From assembly GCF_006345805.1 (NCBI RefSeq), contig NC_043001.1:34472001-34536000 (forward strand): a stretch of DNA of 64,000 bases. Direction: 5' to 3'. A program made the translations under genes and the position numbers. Positions 11,244 to 25,633 of the stretch are shown here, in pieces (the first letter of the stretch is position 1; each line of letters begins with the position of its first letter). The DNA is from Octopus sinensis (taxonomy: Eukaryota). Below the pieces are notes generated by a model. The model searched no databases. It was not told where the DNA came from and saw only the letters and a list, made by a program, of their open reading frames with translations.

Positions 11244-11334
11244 TTGGTGAGAGAGAAAGAGAGATAGTCAACGGGTGCATGCATCGATATGATGCTTGCA
11301 TATGTGTGTATCACTCAGTGTGTGTATGTGTATG

Positions 11335-11760
11335 GCATGTCTATATGCTGGAGTACCGCCAGTATTAGCTTTGCAATGGCCATTCTCTTGAATTTGACTT
11401 TTAGTGACGGAGGGAGTTTGATAATGCTGTCCTCTTTTGAATTTCTTACCGTGATGAAGGTTCTTCCTGGATCTTGGACAGCAGAAGGTCAAACTGTTTC
11501 ATGAAAATAGCTCTCACACCTGAAGAATTTCGATATTTGCCCTGGATCCGACAGTGTAGACAGGCTAATCTCGAGATGAGTGTTGCATTAGAAATATCCT
11601 ATCTCTCTCAACCTTCTTATATATGGGTATTCCATTTTTCCATTTTTCTTTGCACCGGCTTACTACGCTTGTCTGATAGTCGAAAGACCGTTTTTTGTTT
11701 AATTTTTGTTGAAATTTTACAATCACTTTCGTTTTGTATAGCCGAAAGGCGATCTGTTGT
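11335..11760 (-). mobile_element. Decayed 3' end of a CR1/L2-like LINE
   Basis: Minus frame ..RNSSGVRAIFMKQFDLLLSKIQEEPSSR*EIQKRTALSNSL aligns to the 56031 peptide; ends in GGCGGTACTCCAGCAT. The 5' boundary is uncertain. Confidence 0.65.
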
Positions 11761-11853
11761 ACGTGTATAATTCTAGCTTTCTCGTTTTTGTTTCTGTTCC
11801 TGTTTTCGTGTTTGTACACATTCGTTTGCCTTTCCCAGAGACTTAATGCATAA

Positions 11854-11913
11854 GTCCTTGGCTCCGCCGGATTCGAGTAGTATCGAAGATAAGGGGAGCG
11901 AAACTACGAGGAC
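11854..11913 (+). ncRNA. Decayed type I hammerhead architecture
   Basis: Stem I GTCC/GGAC, stem II GCTCC/GGAGC with internal TTCGA/TCGAA hairpin, GAAAC present; CUGANGA core reduced to TTG. Confidence 0.45.
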
Positions 11914-12113
11914 ATTCTAGGATTCAACTGATGATGTAATTTGCTGCGATTGATCCGTATATCCTTTGTCCTGTTTGCCGTGCTATCGTCCATTTCCCCT
12001 CACGTTGTGTTTTGTTGGTTTACATTTGTTATGTTCTTTCTGTTTTGATTTATCCATGCCGCGCACCGTACAACCTGTTCTGTACTTTATATATATATAT
12101 ATATATATATATA

Positions 12114-12414
12114 AGAGCACTCCGTCGGTTACGACGACGAGGGTCCCAGCTGATACGATAGTGAAATTAACGTGAAGTGGCTGAGCACGCCACAGACACG
12201 TGTATCCTTAACGTAGTTCTCAGGGAGATTCAGCGTGACACAGAGTGTGACAAGGCTGGTCATTTGAAATACAGGTACTACTTATTTTTGCCAGCTGAGT
12301 GGACTGGAGCAATGTGACAGAAAGAGCCTTGCTCAAGGACACAGCGCGTCACCGGGAATTCACTACTTTATGATCGTGACCGGAATACCTTAACCATTAA
12401 GCCACGCGCCTTCA
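12114..12414 (-). mobile_element. SINE family C
   Basis: Head TGAAGGCGCGTGGCTTAATGGTTAAGG; tail CCCTCGTCGTCGTAACCGACGGAGTGC. Confidence 0.9.
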
Positions 12415-12418
12415 TATA

Positions 12419-12488
<70 letters not shown>

Positions 12489-12558
12489 TGTGTGTGTGTG
12501 TGTGTGTGTAAGGTGTGTATATGTGTGGTGTGTATATATATATTATTACATATAATAT

Positions 12559-12720
12559 ATACGACGGGCTTTCAGTTCCGTCTACCAAATCCACTCACAA
12601 GGCTTTGGTCAGCCCGGGCTATAGTGGAAGACACATGCCCAAGGGCCACGCAGTGGGACTGAACCCGGAACCATGTGGTTCGTAAGCAATCTACTTACCA
12701 CACAGGAACTCCTACGCCTG
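12559..12720 (-). mobile_element. SINE family A, 5' half
   Basis: Head and CORE-like block present. Confidence 0.85.
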
Positions 12721-13064
12721 TATAATATATATATATATATATATATAATATATATATAATATTATATATATATATATACATATATCTACATAAACAAACA
12801 CACACACATGTGTAAATATAAATATTTAAATACATTACACATACTTAGACTGCCTTTTCAGAATAATATGCCCTCACATATAAAATTAAATAATGCACAC
12901 ACACACACACACACACACACACAACACACACACACACACACATACATACACACGCACATACAAACACACACATACATGCAGACGCCCATATGTATACGTA
13001 CACATTTGAACGTACACACATTCTGTTATGTGTATATGTCTGTGCACATAGACAGATACACACA

Positions 13065-13116
<52 letters not shown>

Positions 13117-13822
13117 TATACACACACGTGCGCGCATACATCCGCTAAAATGCTGACAATATGTCTGCATTCCGATGAAGTTAGGGTATCCGATATCAAA
13201 GCCAGTATTTTATACAGTAATAAGTTGATACATCGACAATGAAATATGTCGACATTCCGAAATTCCACCAGATACTTTATTTCTTCTGCTACAGGATGGT
13301 TACATCTCGTTGGTCATGGAGAGTGTTGTAATTTGACCCTTTGATCTGTGTGCTTGTTATCTAAAATTGACAGAATGACTGGTGTGTCGAACAAAATACC
13401 TTGTGATGATTATTGTTGTTGATTAATTCCCAGCCAAACCTCTGATCATCCCTTTGCATATTGTAATTCCTGGTGATCTGAAAGAATTTGGCTGCTATTT
13501 TTTAGGAAAATCTAGCAATTAAGTCACATCTTCTTCTTTGGATACTTGTAGAAGATATTGGATTTCGAACTGGTGATTTACGTGTTTGATATTAAAATGC
13601 CTGTTGGAATGATTGGCTGAATAGATAGAATCGGAGAAAATATTCTGAAATTTCTGGGCGTTCTGAGTTCAAATCTTCCGAGGTGAACTTTATATTTCAT
13701 CTCTCCCATCCTTAAACCTCAATTAAAAAACATCCGTTCAAAACTGAGTTAAATGTAATCTACTGTTCTCGCCTCTAAAATGTATTGTTTTGTTACGATG
13801 GTTAGAGGTGGATATTAAGATA

Positions 13823-14224
13823 CTCTCTACTCTTTACTCGTTTACTTGTTTCCGTCATTTGACTGTGGCCATGCTGGTGCACCGCCTTTAATCGAGCAAC
13901 TCGACCCCGAGACTTATTCTTTTTGTAAGCCCAGTACTTATTCTATCGGTATCTTTTGCCGAAGCGCTAAGTAACGGAGACATAAACACAGCAGCATCGG
14001 TTGTCAAGCAATGCTAGGAGGACAAACACAGACACACAAACACACACACGCATATATATATATATATACATATATACGACGGGATTCTTTCAGTTTCCGT
14101 CTACCAAATCCACTCACAAGGCTTTGGTCGGCCCGAGGCTATAGTAGAAGACACTTGCCCAAGGTGCCACGCAGTGGGACTGAACCCGGAATCATGTGGT
14201 TGGTAAACAAGCTACTTACCACAC
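13823..14224 (-). mobile_element. SINE family A, near full length
   Basis: Collinear with the other A copies. Confidence 0.9.
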
Positions 14225-15007
14225 CAAAATGTGTGCTAGTTACCCCGTTCTTCTTGGTCAGATCAAATATCACCAAGGTCAGCTGTACCTTTTAGTTCTC
14301 TAAGGATCGATGAAATATATTGGCATGCTGGGAATTCACCACAAAAGTGTAGCACTGGAATCATGCTTATTATAGAAAATAATGTAATCAATAATATTGT
14401 ATGTGCTTTGAGCGAATGCTTTAATAATGGACATCAAACAATCCCGAATCTTTATATTGAAAAATTGGTGACAAACAAGACAAATGCTGCACTGCTATAG
14501 AATCCTTTGTCTATTTGAATCACATATATAGTTACAGTTCCTCTTTATTATATAAACTATCACCTTTTTCTTAAGAGTATACATTGCCTTAGGCTAACAG
14601 CGAATAGGCTTCCGTTATATTCATTGGGTTGTGATGTCAAGTCGGTATCGAAATCTTCTGTCCTTGATTAGCTTCAGAAATTCCATTCCACTGTACGTGC
14701 TAAAAAGTAAGATGGTGGCTAGTTTTAAGCAGATGAGATGGACATATTTGTTCTTTTTATATTTTACTTACACATTTCTTTTCTCACTTGCTGTCTCCTT
14801 CCTCTCTCTCTCTCTTAGATGTTTCTTTTACTCTCTCACTATCTCAATGTATCTCGCGCATACTACCTTAATAATCGGTAGCTAATGTTTTTATAGTAGT
14901 TGTGGTTAAGCTTCAAGTCAATTCTAATCGAAGAGGTCAATGGTCAAAGGCATTTCAGGTATGACCACCTCATCTTATATATATATATATATATATAATA
15001 TATATAT

Positions 15008-15085
15008 GGTGTGTGTACCGTTGGCGATTTTTTCCTCCGTCTTCCCTTCTCTGGATCTTTCCTTTTCCTATGTTTCTGACAAATA
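15008..15085 (+). mobile_element. Fragment of the 10228-10530 module, truncated inside the hammerhead core
   Basis: GTGTGTACCGTTGGCGATTTTT...CCTATGTTTCTGAC matches the reverse complement of 10352-10420. Confidence 0.8.
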
Positions 15086-15662
15086 CAGAGACACAGAGAG
15101 AGAAAGAGAGATATTGTGTGTGTATGGGGGTGTTACTGTTGTTATTACTTAGCCCTAGCTCAATCTTTCCAGGTCGATATATACTCAATGTGGTTCCAGC
15201 CGTTATCATCCCATTGTGTGTATTAAATCCTATATTGTCATCCGCGCCTCCTATTATAAAACATTAAAAGTTGGCTTTAAAGGAGACTACACTGCTACTT
15301 TCGGTAAGCATCTCGACAGTGAAGAACACTATTTTCCAGTTTTGATGAAACGATTATCCAATGTCACTAATTTGAAACAAAATGTCTCAAAATTAAAAGA
15401 TGACATTAAACCGTGAACCTATATCTATTTTAATCCCCGAAGTGAGAACATGGGGGTGAATATTTATCTAGTCCTTACTTTTTAACTTAATCCATTGGGT
15501 ATTTAAGCGACACTATTGTAGCTTTCAGTACTAACTATTGAGAAAGAGGCTCCAAACAACGATATTGTCGTACTGTGTCACCAGGTCAGTATTGTTAATT
15601 GCTTTGACTTGAGTAATCCAGTTAGCTGCTTGTAGAATATTATTTTTATCTAGCGCCACCTA

Positions 15663-16177
15663 CCATAAATCCTCGAGTATAACCCGCTTTTTTTCCCCAA
15701 AATTTAAACGTCAAAATCCCCAGTGCGTACTATATACGAGGTTAACAATAAAAATTATTTTATAAGCAATGTCCGAGTCTCTATTTGCTGTCCGGCGATG
15801 TTTATTCAGACGCATTTTGTGATGTCGGGCGCGAAAATGCATTAAGCTAAGCCTGAAAGCAAAGAAGTAGTAAAAGAATTGTCCATAACTTGCAGTAAGC
15901 AACATTTATTAAACGTTATTACTGTTTATTACTGTTTATTTCTTTATTTTCCGCAAACAAAATGCACAAAAAAGCTACACGTTTGCATTATGTTGTATAT
16001 ACAATAATAATAAAGTACGTTACCGTATACATTTTTACAAACCAAGGACGTTATATAGACCTCCTTGACTCAAATTAGAGAAGGCGTGCGTATTATACAC
16101 GAGGTTTAGGTTTTTCAGCCCCCTAAAAATCCCCTGCGTGTTATACTCAAGGGCGGACTATACTCGAAGACTTACGG
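15663..16177. mobile_element. pogo/Tigger-type MITE
   Basis: 25-bp TIRs (20/25 identical, all differences transitions), TA at both ends, subterminal GCGT-TATA-CGAGG-like repeats. Confidence 0.82.
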
Positions 16178-16882
16178 TAATCCATTTTTGGCCATAAACT
16201 GCTATATTTTTTCCGATTTTTGGTTCACAATTATACTTTAGAAAAATATAATTTTAATGCGAATGAAAAAGTAACACGGGGTTTATTAGAAAGAAAGCTT
16301 AATAAATAAGTCGTAATAATGGTAATTACGGCAAGAAGGACGAAGTTGAAGACAATAATTTGATTCTGATAGAAATGAATGTATTTTTAAAAGTGACGTT
16401 AGTTTTGATAAAGCTTAATATAAAAATAACATATTGCTAATTTTTTTTTGTCAATAATGTAACTTGTTGTTGCTTTTTTAAGAACAAGAAAAATGTACTA
16501 TAATGGACGAATTTTTACATACAAAAGTTTTAATTTGTTGGCAATATCATATAAAAATACAAGATGTATCGATTTAAATTTTTTGAGTAATTTTATTTTT
16601 CTAAATAAATGCTTCTTACCACTTCTAATCCACCATTGTCTCCTCTTTTTCACATTAATTTTCTCCTTTTCAAGTTTATTTTTGTGCATTTTTCTCCGTT
16701 TCACCTTCGTTTCGTTTTCTGTCTTATAAATAAGAAAACACGGTATATATTATAAAGTATAAGAAATATTGTGTTTATTGAAATCAGGGGAAAAATAAAA
16801 TTGGAAAGGAGAAAAATAGTCTAAGGGCAACACGTGTTTGTGCGCGTGTATGTGTATGTATGTAAGCGTGTTGTTTTAGTTA

Positions 16883-16994
<112 letters not shown>

Positions 16995-17408
16995 AGAACT
17001 ACATATAACTTAGGTGATGTCTATTTTTAGCGATTTTGTGTTTTAGGTTTCATTGAAAAAGTCTGCCCCTGAAATTATATAATAAAACAGTTCACGACGC
17101 CAGTATCAAAGACTGCTGCAATACAGAGTAGTAAGTAATGTCCAAAAGCATCTTTCTGTCGAATCTTGTTTTCCAGGCATTGCTTGCTTTTAAGATACGG
17201 AAGTCTTCTTGACTGGTAAATCAACAACACCTAAAAGGATTTTCTATCCATTCATTTGAAATATTGTCCAAATCAGAGAATCTCTACTCCAAGTAATTTT
17301 TCATTCTTGAAATAACAGACTAGTTGTCTTTTATATTATTTTGAATAACTTCAAACCCCCAGCCACACAAATAAATGTATGCAGGTGCGGTGAAAAATCG
17401 TCGTGTAA

Positions 17409-17508
17409 NNNNNNNNNNNNNNNNNNNNNNNNNNNNNNNNNNNNNNNNNNNNNNNNNNNNNNNNNNNNNNNNNNNNNNNNNNNNNNNNNNNNNNNNNNNN
17501 NNNNNNNN
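17409..17508. other. Assembly gap (100 N)
   Basis: Run of exactly 100 N, typical of an unsized scaffold gap. Confidence 0.98.
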
Positions 17509-17620
17509 TTTGACGGTCCGAGTCTGTAGTAGAAGACACTCGACCAAGGTGCCATGGAGTGAGTCTGAACCCGGATCCATATGCTTGAGAGGCAAACTTC
17601 TTGCAACACAGCTACTCCGG
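17509..17620 (-). mobile_element. SINE family A head, diverged, abutting the gap
   Basis: GTAGAAGACACTCGACCAAGGTGCC block. Confidence 0.75.
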
Positions 17621-18262
17621 TTTCTATAAAGGAAGAATATTTCTGAAATAAGTTAAGAGAGAATAAGGCAGATTAACAGTGAATAAAATGGAAGACATAA
17701 GAAAGAAAAATGGAAAACGTAAAGGAGATGATAAAGAGAGATGAAGCGAAATACAAGAGATACAAATAGAGGGAGGGGGTGGAGAAGAGAAGGAGAAAGA
17801 GAAAAAGAGAGTGTAAAGGTAGAAAAACCAGGAAAGGCTATCAAATTCTCTAGAATTCTGTAGAATGATGAGAATATCGGTAATTGGAAAGGCGTGACAC
17901 TGTGAATATAGGTATTATATGTGTATGTGTGCGTGCGTGTATGTGTGTGTGATGTACGCGCGCGCATGTGTGTGTGTGTGTGTGTTTGTGCGTGTGTGTG
18001 TGTGATAGTTCAAAAACCTGTTATACGAAGAGGTGTTCTTTGTTTTTAATTAAGCGAGATGTCAGTGGACTGAAGGAATCCTAAACTGGAAATAACATCG
18101 GGTTGATAGTTGAAACATGAGAAATAGTAAAGCACTTTGAAAGGATTGTGGCAGTGATGACGATGATGCTGATAATGATGGTGGTGGTGATGATGATGAT
18201 AATGATGATGATGATGGTGCTGGTGGTGGTAGTGGTTGTGATGGTGGCGGTGGTGGTAGTGG

Positions 18263-18297
<35 letters not shown>

Positions 18298-18402
18298 ATA
18301 ATGATAGTTGCTAAGCTGGTCTTCATATCTGCTCGAGATTTTATAATGGCTAAAATGCTAATGAGGTGATCATTCGTTATCTTTCATTGTTTCTTAGACA
18401 AC

Positions 18403-18481
18403 GTATTTCGCCTGCCGTTACGTTCTGAGTTCAAATTCCGCCGAGGTCGACTTTGACTTTCATCCTTTCGGAGTCGATTTT
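18403..18481 (+). mobile_element. SINE family B body fragment
   Basis: Starts at GTATTTCG, the same boundary as the dimer junction. Confidence 0.85.
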
Positions 18482-18833
18482 AAGATTGGAGTTTGGTTAC
18501 ATATTGTTTGGTTAGATATTGTTTGGGGAAAGCACATCCACGTCATATAACTGGTATTGTTTAGTAAATAAGGAACGACGGTTGAAGACGAGAGTATGTT
18601 TATGCACGAGAAAGAGAGAGGAAGAAAGTGAGAGAGTGAAAGAGAGAGAGAGAGAGAGGGGGGAGGAAGTGAGAGTTTGAAACGATGAAAGAGAAGTAGC
18701 GAGGCCTCAAAGACGTTGTCCTCACATGCTGGAACTTCTCAACAAGAAAGACGATGTATTGAACCCAGAACTTGATTAGACGTAAACATCACAAGGCACT
18801 GTCTTATAGCTTCACCGATTCTGTTGATATAAA

Positions 18834-19253
18834 TTCTTATTTCTTTATTGCCCTCAAGGGCCTAAACAATGAGGGGACAAACAAGGACAGACAAACGGAT
18901 AAGTCGATTATATCGACCAAAGTGCGTAACTGGTACTTAATTTATCGAGCCCGAAAGGATGAAAGGCAAAGTCGACCTCGGCGGAATTTGAACTCAGAAC
19001 GTAACGGCAGACGAAATACCTATTTCTTTACTACCCACAAGGGGCTAAACACAGAGAGGACAAACAAGTATAGACAAACGGATTAAGTCGATTATATTGA
19101 CCCCAGTGCATAACTGGTACTTAATTTATCGACTCCGGAAGGATGAAAGGCAAAGTCGACCTCGGCGGAATTTGAACTCAGAACGTAGCGGCAGGCGAAA
19201 TACGGCTACGCTTTTCGCCCGGCGTGCTAACGTTTCTGCCAGCTCGCCACCTT
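18834..19253 (-). mobile_element. SINE family B, dimeric
   Basis: Head at 19253, junction at 19020/19021, two complete body units. Confidence 0.92.
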
Positions 19254-20356
19254 AATATAAATTCTGTTAACATTATTAAAAGACAATAATTTTATATTGT
19301 GTTGCATGGGAACTATTATGTTAAAGAATAGACCCTGTGTGTCGTAGAAGGTGACTACCAGAAGTTGAGGTAGGATTTGCACTCCAGCCTCGTAAAACCC
19401 TCAACAGCAACGACTGTCCATGGGTTACTTGAGGAATGCAAAGGTATCATCCGCCAGGAGTAGGGAATCACCAACGCTGGATGCAACGGCGCGCCGTTAG
19501 AGCGCGTGCCCTTGCTGCTGCTGCTGCTGCTGCCACTACTACTATTACTACTACTACTACAACCACCACCACAACCACAACCACTACGGATTGGCAAAAG
19601 AGGCCGGTAGAATAACAAAAGGCAAAACGCCGGGATCGATTCGTTAGACTAAAATTCTCCAAGGCCGCAATCCGATGACTGAAACAAGTGGAAGATAAAA
19701 GATAAACATATGTACGAGTATACACTTGCGAAATCAACACCTTCCCACAAATGATGTCACAACTTACACAGTTGTGCAAGAAGGCAGGATTCTTTCTTCA
19801 TCGAAATTCACAGACTATGAGAGGAGCACCATCTGGTTGCGATCAATATGTTCCAAATTTCCTATACTGTTATGTTTTCATGCAAACTCCGAATGATTTT
19901 CTATTTAAACATTTTAAAATCCTTTTGTTTTTTTTTTCTAGAGATATCGTTTAAATGACCGAAATATCGTTGATTAAAATGAAAAAAAAAAATTGGAATA
20001 CTAATAATAATTTCAAAATACATTGTGTTGGCTTTCCAAAATAGATACCGTGATATATATAAACATATGTGTATATATATATATATATATGTGTGTGTGG
20101 TGTGTGTGTGTGTGTGTATGTGCGTGTGTGTACTTATATATGTGCCAATAATACAGACATATATATGTATATGTATGTGGTGTATATATATATATATGTC
20201 TGTATGTGTGTAAATACATATATGTGTGGCAATAATATATACATATATACATACATATACATACAAGTGCGTGTATGATTGTGGGTGTGTGCGTGTGTGT
20301 ATACATATATAAGTGTCTATAATAACACACACACACACCACACACACACACATTAT

Positions 20357-20399
<43 letters not shown>

Positions 20400-20543
20400 C
20401 GTACACAAACAAGTGTGTGTGTGTATGAGCGTCAGCAAAAATATGCTACTACGAAAAAGTAGATATATGCATATGAAAACAGATAGACATATTGATCGAG
20501 AGAGAGAGAGAGAGAGAGAGAAGGAGAGAGAGAGAGAGGAGAG

Positions 20544-20595
<52 letters not shown>

Positions 20596-20922
20596 AGAGG
20601 AGAGAGGAGAGAGAGAGAGAGGAGAGAGGAGAGAGAATGAGAGAGAGAGGAGGGGTGAGTATGATAAGAAAAATGGGAATGATAAAGAGAATGGAATGTT
20701 AAAGTTGTCAGATGGTAATGGAAAAGACAATAAACTAGTGGAAGAATGAAAAGAGGCAGCGATGGAATTATTGAAAGTATTGTAATGTAAGAAAATAGTC
20801 GACAGTTTTAATATATTTCTGTGTATTTTTATGTTTATACATCTATCTATCCATCCATCCACACACGCACACACACACACACACACACCACACACACACA
20901 TACACACACACACAGAGGTATA

Positions 20923-20953
<31 letters not shown>

Positions 20954-21273
20954 TTATATATATATATATTATGCATAAAATATTTCAATACATGTGCGTG
21001 TGTCTTTATATAGCTATGTGCACACATACACGCATATATATAAATATATATATATATGTATTTACAAGGAAACGTCTTTATATATGTGTGCATATGCGAA
21101 GTGTGTGTGTGTGCGTGTGTGTGTGTGTATTCATGCATGTACATACGTACATAAAAAGCAATAAAAAATGCGTAACCTTAAAAGAACTTCTATGTACGTA
21201 TGTATGTATGTGTGTGTATTTATTTATGATGTATGTATGTATGTATCTATCTATATGCGGGTGTATGTGCATT

Positions 21274-21401
<128 letters not shown>

Positions 21402-22610
21402 TAACGCAAAAAACAAATACAAATCTCGAAAAAAATAATCTCGAAAACCGATAGAATCATTAATATGACGAAAGAGATAAAAATGTCTAAGGGCGGTAAA
21501 ATGCTGAGCCAAAAAACATGCATCTAATTCCAAAGTGTTTTTTATAAATATCCTGGGTCGTTACAACAGTAGAATTCCATTGCTGAGTGGTACAGCAATA
21601 ATAAATGAGAATGAGTATAGAAGCAAAATGCAAACATCAATAATAGCGATAAAACATAAATACATAAGTGGAAGAATCACCCAATAAAACAAAGCAGTCA
21701 ATGCAATATTTGAAATGGGAAGGTCTGGTGAAAGAAAGTAACGTAGTTAAGAGTGGAAATTACAACGTTTATAATCCAGATTTATTTACAAGGACGAGAG
21801 CCATCGTTGAGCTAGGAAACAAGTAGCGAATATCACTGGTATGAACTTTTGCTCGGAATCCTTTTCTGGTCGATGAAAAGTATCTACAATTGTCTTTTAG
21901 TATATGGTGAGAAGTTGGTTGAAAATATCCGTGCAATAAAAGACATATCTTCGAAGATTACGGTTAACTTATTTTTTGTCAGAGCTGTAGTTTTGAGTAT
22001 CATCAGGCAAGGTTCAATAAACATTGAAATAAATAACAATAGCAGTTGGTAATTAGAAGCAAGTTGCTAACAGAACTAATAGAATGTCGAATTAAATGAC
22101 TGAACGTGTCTAATTACGGATTTTTATGTTCCGAGCTTTCAGTGTTACTATGAATCAATTTAGGGAATTAGATTGTCTCTGAAGACGATGACATAAGTAC
22201 ACGTTATTGAGTTTGAAATGCCAGTACCTCAATGTTGGAATGAAAATTGGCGGATTCAATAACTCATCAAGCATAGTATTTAGTTTATCCCAGGGTGTTC
22301 TTAGTTCCAATCTTGCTTGGTTGAATTTCACAGGCCATGATCAGCATCGCATTTGGGAGGAAACTTAATATTAAATTTACGCTCCTTTCTTTTAATTTAC
22401 TTTAAAGTACTGTTACTGAATATCTCTGAGATTTAGAAATGATAATGTTTCTATTTATATTAATAAATATCTGTAGAAATTAACAAGCCTTATCACCGCA
22501 AAAATTATTTAGTACCTTCTTTAACAGTATTTTTATGTACATGTCACAAATATTAGTGTGAGTATTTTCTTTTTCTGTTGTAAGAAAAGCAACAAGATTT
22601 TAGTGTTTAA

Positions 22611-22831
22611 CCCTTTGGTGTTTAAGTCGGCCATATCCGACCCAAATATCCTACATGTTTTACATTCAAACTGGCCATATCTAGCATCTCACACCTAACC
22701 TACATTGACATTCTATGAATAAACTATCACACCATTGAAACTTCAAAGCTGTAAGATAATGTATGAATAATTTTAAATGGTTTGAGTGAAAAAAGTATTA
22801 CACTTAACAGATTAATCTGAACACTAAAGGA
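22611..22831. mobile_element. piggyBac-type MITE
   Basis: TTAA at 22607-22610 and 22832-22835; TIR-like ends CCCTTTGGTGTT and AACACTAAAGGA. Confidence 0.7.
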
Positions 22832-23209
22832 TTAAATGCAATTAAACTCTAACACTAACAGGGAAACGCATATTCACCTCTATATAAACACATGAACGCA
22901 CAGAAAGCATATACTGTTGGCTTCTCTGTTGGTATTATCGCATGACAACAGAGCCATGACATATTAAAAATCGGCTTTGTAAGTGGTGCATACACTTTAA
23001 TCCCCTCTTCACAAAAGTAAATAAAGTAAACCTGTTTGATCAAGTCTTTCTAGATTTGGAGAATGCCAACAAGCGCTATAAAAATTCTGAACCACATTTG
23101 TGTTTTAATTACTGCTGAGATCAAATTGAATCATCAAATATTATCCCACCTGTTTTTCTAATCCAGTTATCGTATTAATAGTCTTTGGTGCTGTACTTCT
23201 ATTAATATA

Positions 23210-23341
23210 TATTTCTTTACTACCCACAAGGGGCCAAACACAGAGGGGACAAACAAGGACAGACAGAGGGATTAAGTAGATTACATCGACCCCAGTGCGT
23301 AACTGGTACTTAATTTATCAACCCCGAAAGGATGAAAGGCA
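23210..23341 (-). mobile_element. SINE family B, 3' fragment
   Basis: Body and tail match the other B copies. Confidence 0.88.
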
Positions 23342-24093
23342 CGATTTCCTTTACGTTGGTTTCCTTCATCACCTTAGGCTGTACAGAATTTATCACTGCA
23401 AGATCATATTGAAAGCTATAAGGATTATCCTGTAATCCTTTTGTATCTCTTAGTTATACCCAACTACAACTAACAACTCTTCATATTCCAAACAATTTTG
23501 CTACTATCTATTCTAAGTTATTCTGCCGTTTTCTGCTAAGGAGGTTTCCTCATTTCTCACCGATCACTTTGATCTATCCAGAATTATAACTACTCGTTAA
23601 CAAACCCTGCTCGACCAATGGATTTGTTATCTTAATTCGCGGACGTTGGATACATGGCTTTTGGGTTCTGGTACCAAATAGTTCAATACCACCATTTCTG
23701 TTCTGTGGGATTTAACACACTGGCGAATTTTTAGAATATTATATAACATAACTCAAGTATAAAATTTTTCTTTTGCAATAACGCCATAGTTTAAAAAAAA
23801 GTTATTTGTAATACTGCAGTACGCGTGGCATGTATCAATGGTCTGTATGGGTAAGGTTCCTTTCAGTGAAAGGTCGACAAGAATAAACTAGAATAAAAAT
23901 GAATAGTGTTTTTATGAGAATATTTTTGGTTACAGATATATAGAAAGCTCTTTGCAAATATCAGTAATAAATACTCAGATACACATATGTAGCATAAATA
24001 TAAAATATATATGCCTATGTATTACATATTTCAAATATGGATATAAGTAATACATATGGAAATATATATATATATATATATAATATTATATAA

Positions 24094-24126
<33 letters not shown>

Positions 24127-24127
24127 G

Positions 24128-24161
<34 letters not shown>

Positions 24162-24214
24162 TACATAATAACGTATGTATATATACGTATACGTAAATGT
24201 GTAGATATCTACAC

Positions 24215-24251
<37 letters not shown>

Positions 24252-24511
24252 ATTATACATACGCACACACACAGGCGCATTTATTTATTTATATACAAGA
24301 AATGTATGGCAAAACGACAGATACTTTCATAAATACGAACACATTTCCATGTACAAAACAAAATTCTCAATTTATATTCATTTCCTATTTGTTCCTCATA
24401 CACACAAAAATGGAAGATGAGAAACACAAGCACGCAAACAAACGCACACACACAAAACATAAACACACACACACAACATAAACACACACACACACGCACA
24501 CACACACACAC

Positions 24512-24554
<43 letters not shown>

Positions 24555-25504
24555 CACAACATATATATATATAGATACACAGCTCTCTATGTTCTGTGTA
24601 TATTCTTTTATTTCTTCATATACATTTGCGTATATTTATATGTATGTATATATATTGTTAATGTATAAAAATGTTTATGTGTTTAGAGTTCATGTACATA
24701 TATGTGAGGCATTGAATAATGCGTATATGAACTAACGCTAATGTATAAGTTCATAGACTTCTCATACAAATTTATTTTCAGTAAAAAATGTTATCACGTA
24801 CATGAGAAAAGAAAGAGAGAATGAATGGCTGAGGGAGAAGCTGATGATGTGTGAGAGTGAAAGTAAAATAAAATGGGTAGAGAATCGAGAGAGAGCGAGA
24901 GAGAGAACGAGAGAGAGGGAAAAGAGAAAGAGAGAGAATGATACAGGGAGACAGGCATGACAAAGACAGAGTGTATGAAATTGATAGCGAGTAAATGAAT
25001 GTGAAGAAACGAAGAAAACTTACTGAATTGGAGCATGGGAGACGAAAAGACAATTTTTAGAGAAACTCCACTAGTGCTTCTCTCCTAAATAAGATAAACA
25101 GTAAAGCTAAACAAGAGAACTTCATTTCGTTTATCTTATTAAGGAAAACCGACATGAAAGATACTCGAATGACGTAGAATGTTATCTCGGTAGCTTTCCT
25201 TGTCGCTTTCGCTTAAACTAATGACGAAAAAGCATACAGTTAGCAACAAATCATTGCGTACGAATTAGACAGAATTATTTTTCACTATGCTACACTGGAA
25301 ACAAGATTTGAACGACAAATATTTCAGACGTTATTTCGCAGAAGTAGGTTTCTTACAGATAAATGAATAACGAATTTGCAAAAGCAAGATGGCCGTCGGT
25401 TTGCCACATTTACTAGTCGACACGATAAGTGAATACATGTTTGAAAAGAGACAAAGTATATATACATAAACACATACATATAGTATATTATTTTCATCCA
25501 CAAC

Positions 25505-25578
<74 letters not shown>

Positions 25579-25594
25579 GATGTATGTATGTATG

Positions 25595-25633
<39 letters not shown>

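Noticed and set aside
15290-15330. Minus-strand CUGUCGA...GAAAG hammerhead candidate
   Set aside because: Stem II is mismatched, there is no UH after a stem III, and the sequence folds as a plain CACUG/CAGUG hairpin.
15651-15662. CTCF-like TAGCGCCACCTA
   Set aside because: Only part of the motif; neither the MITE nor the reconstructed empty site supplies the GTGG end.
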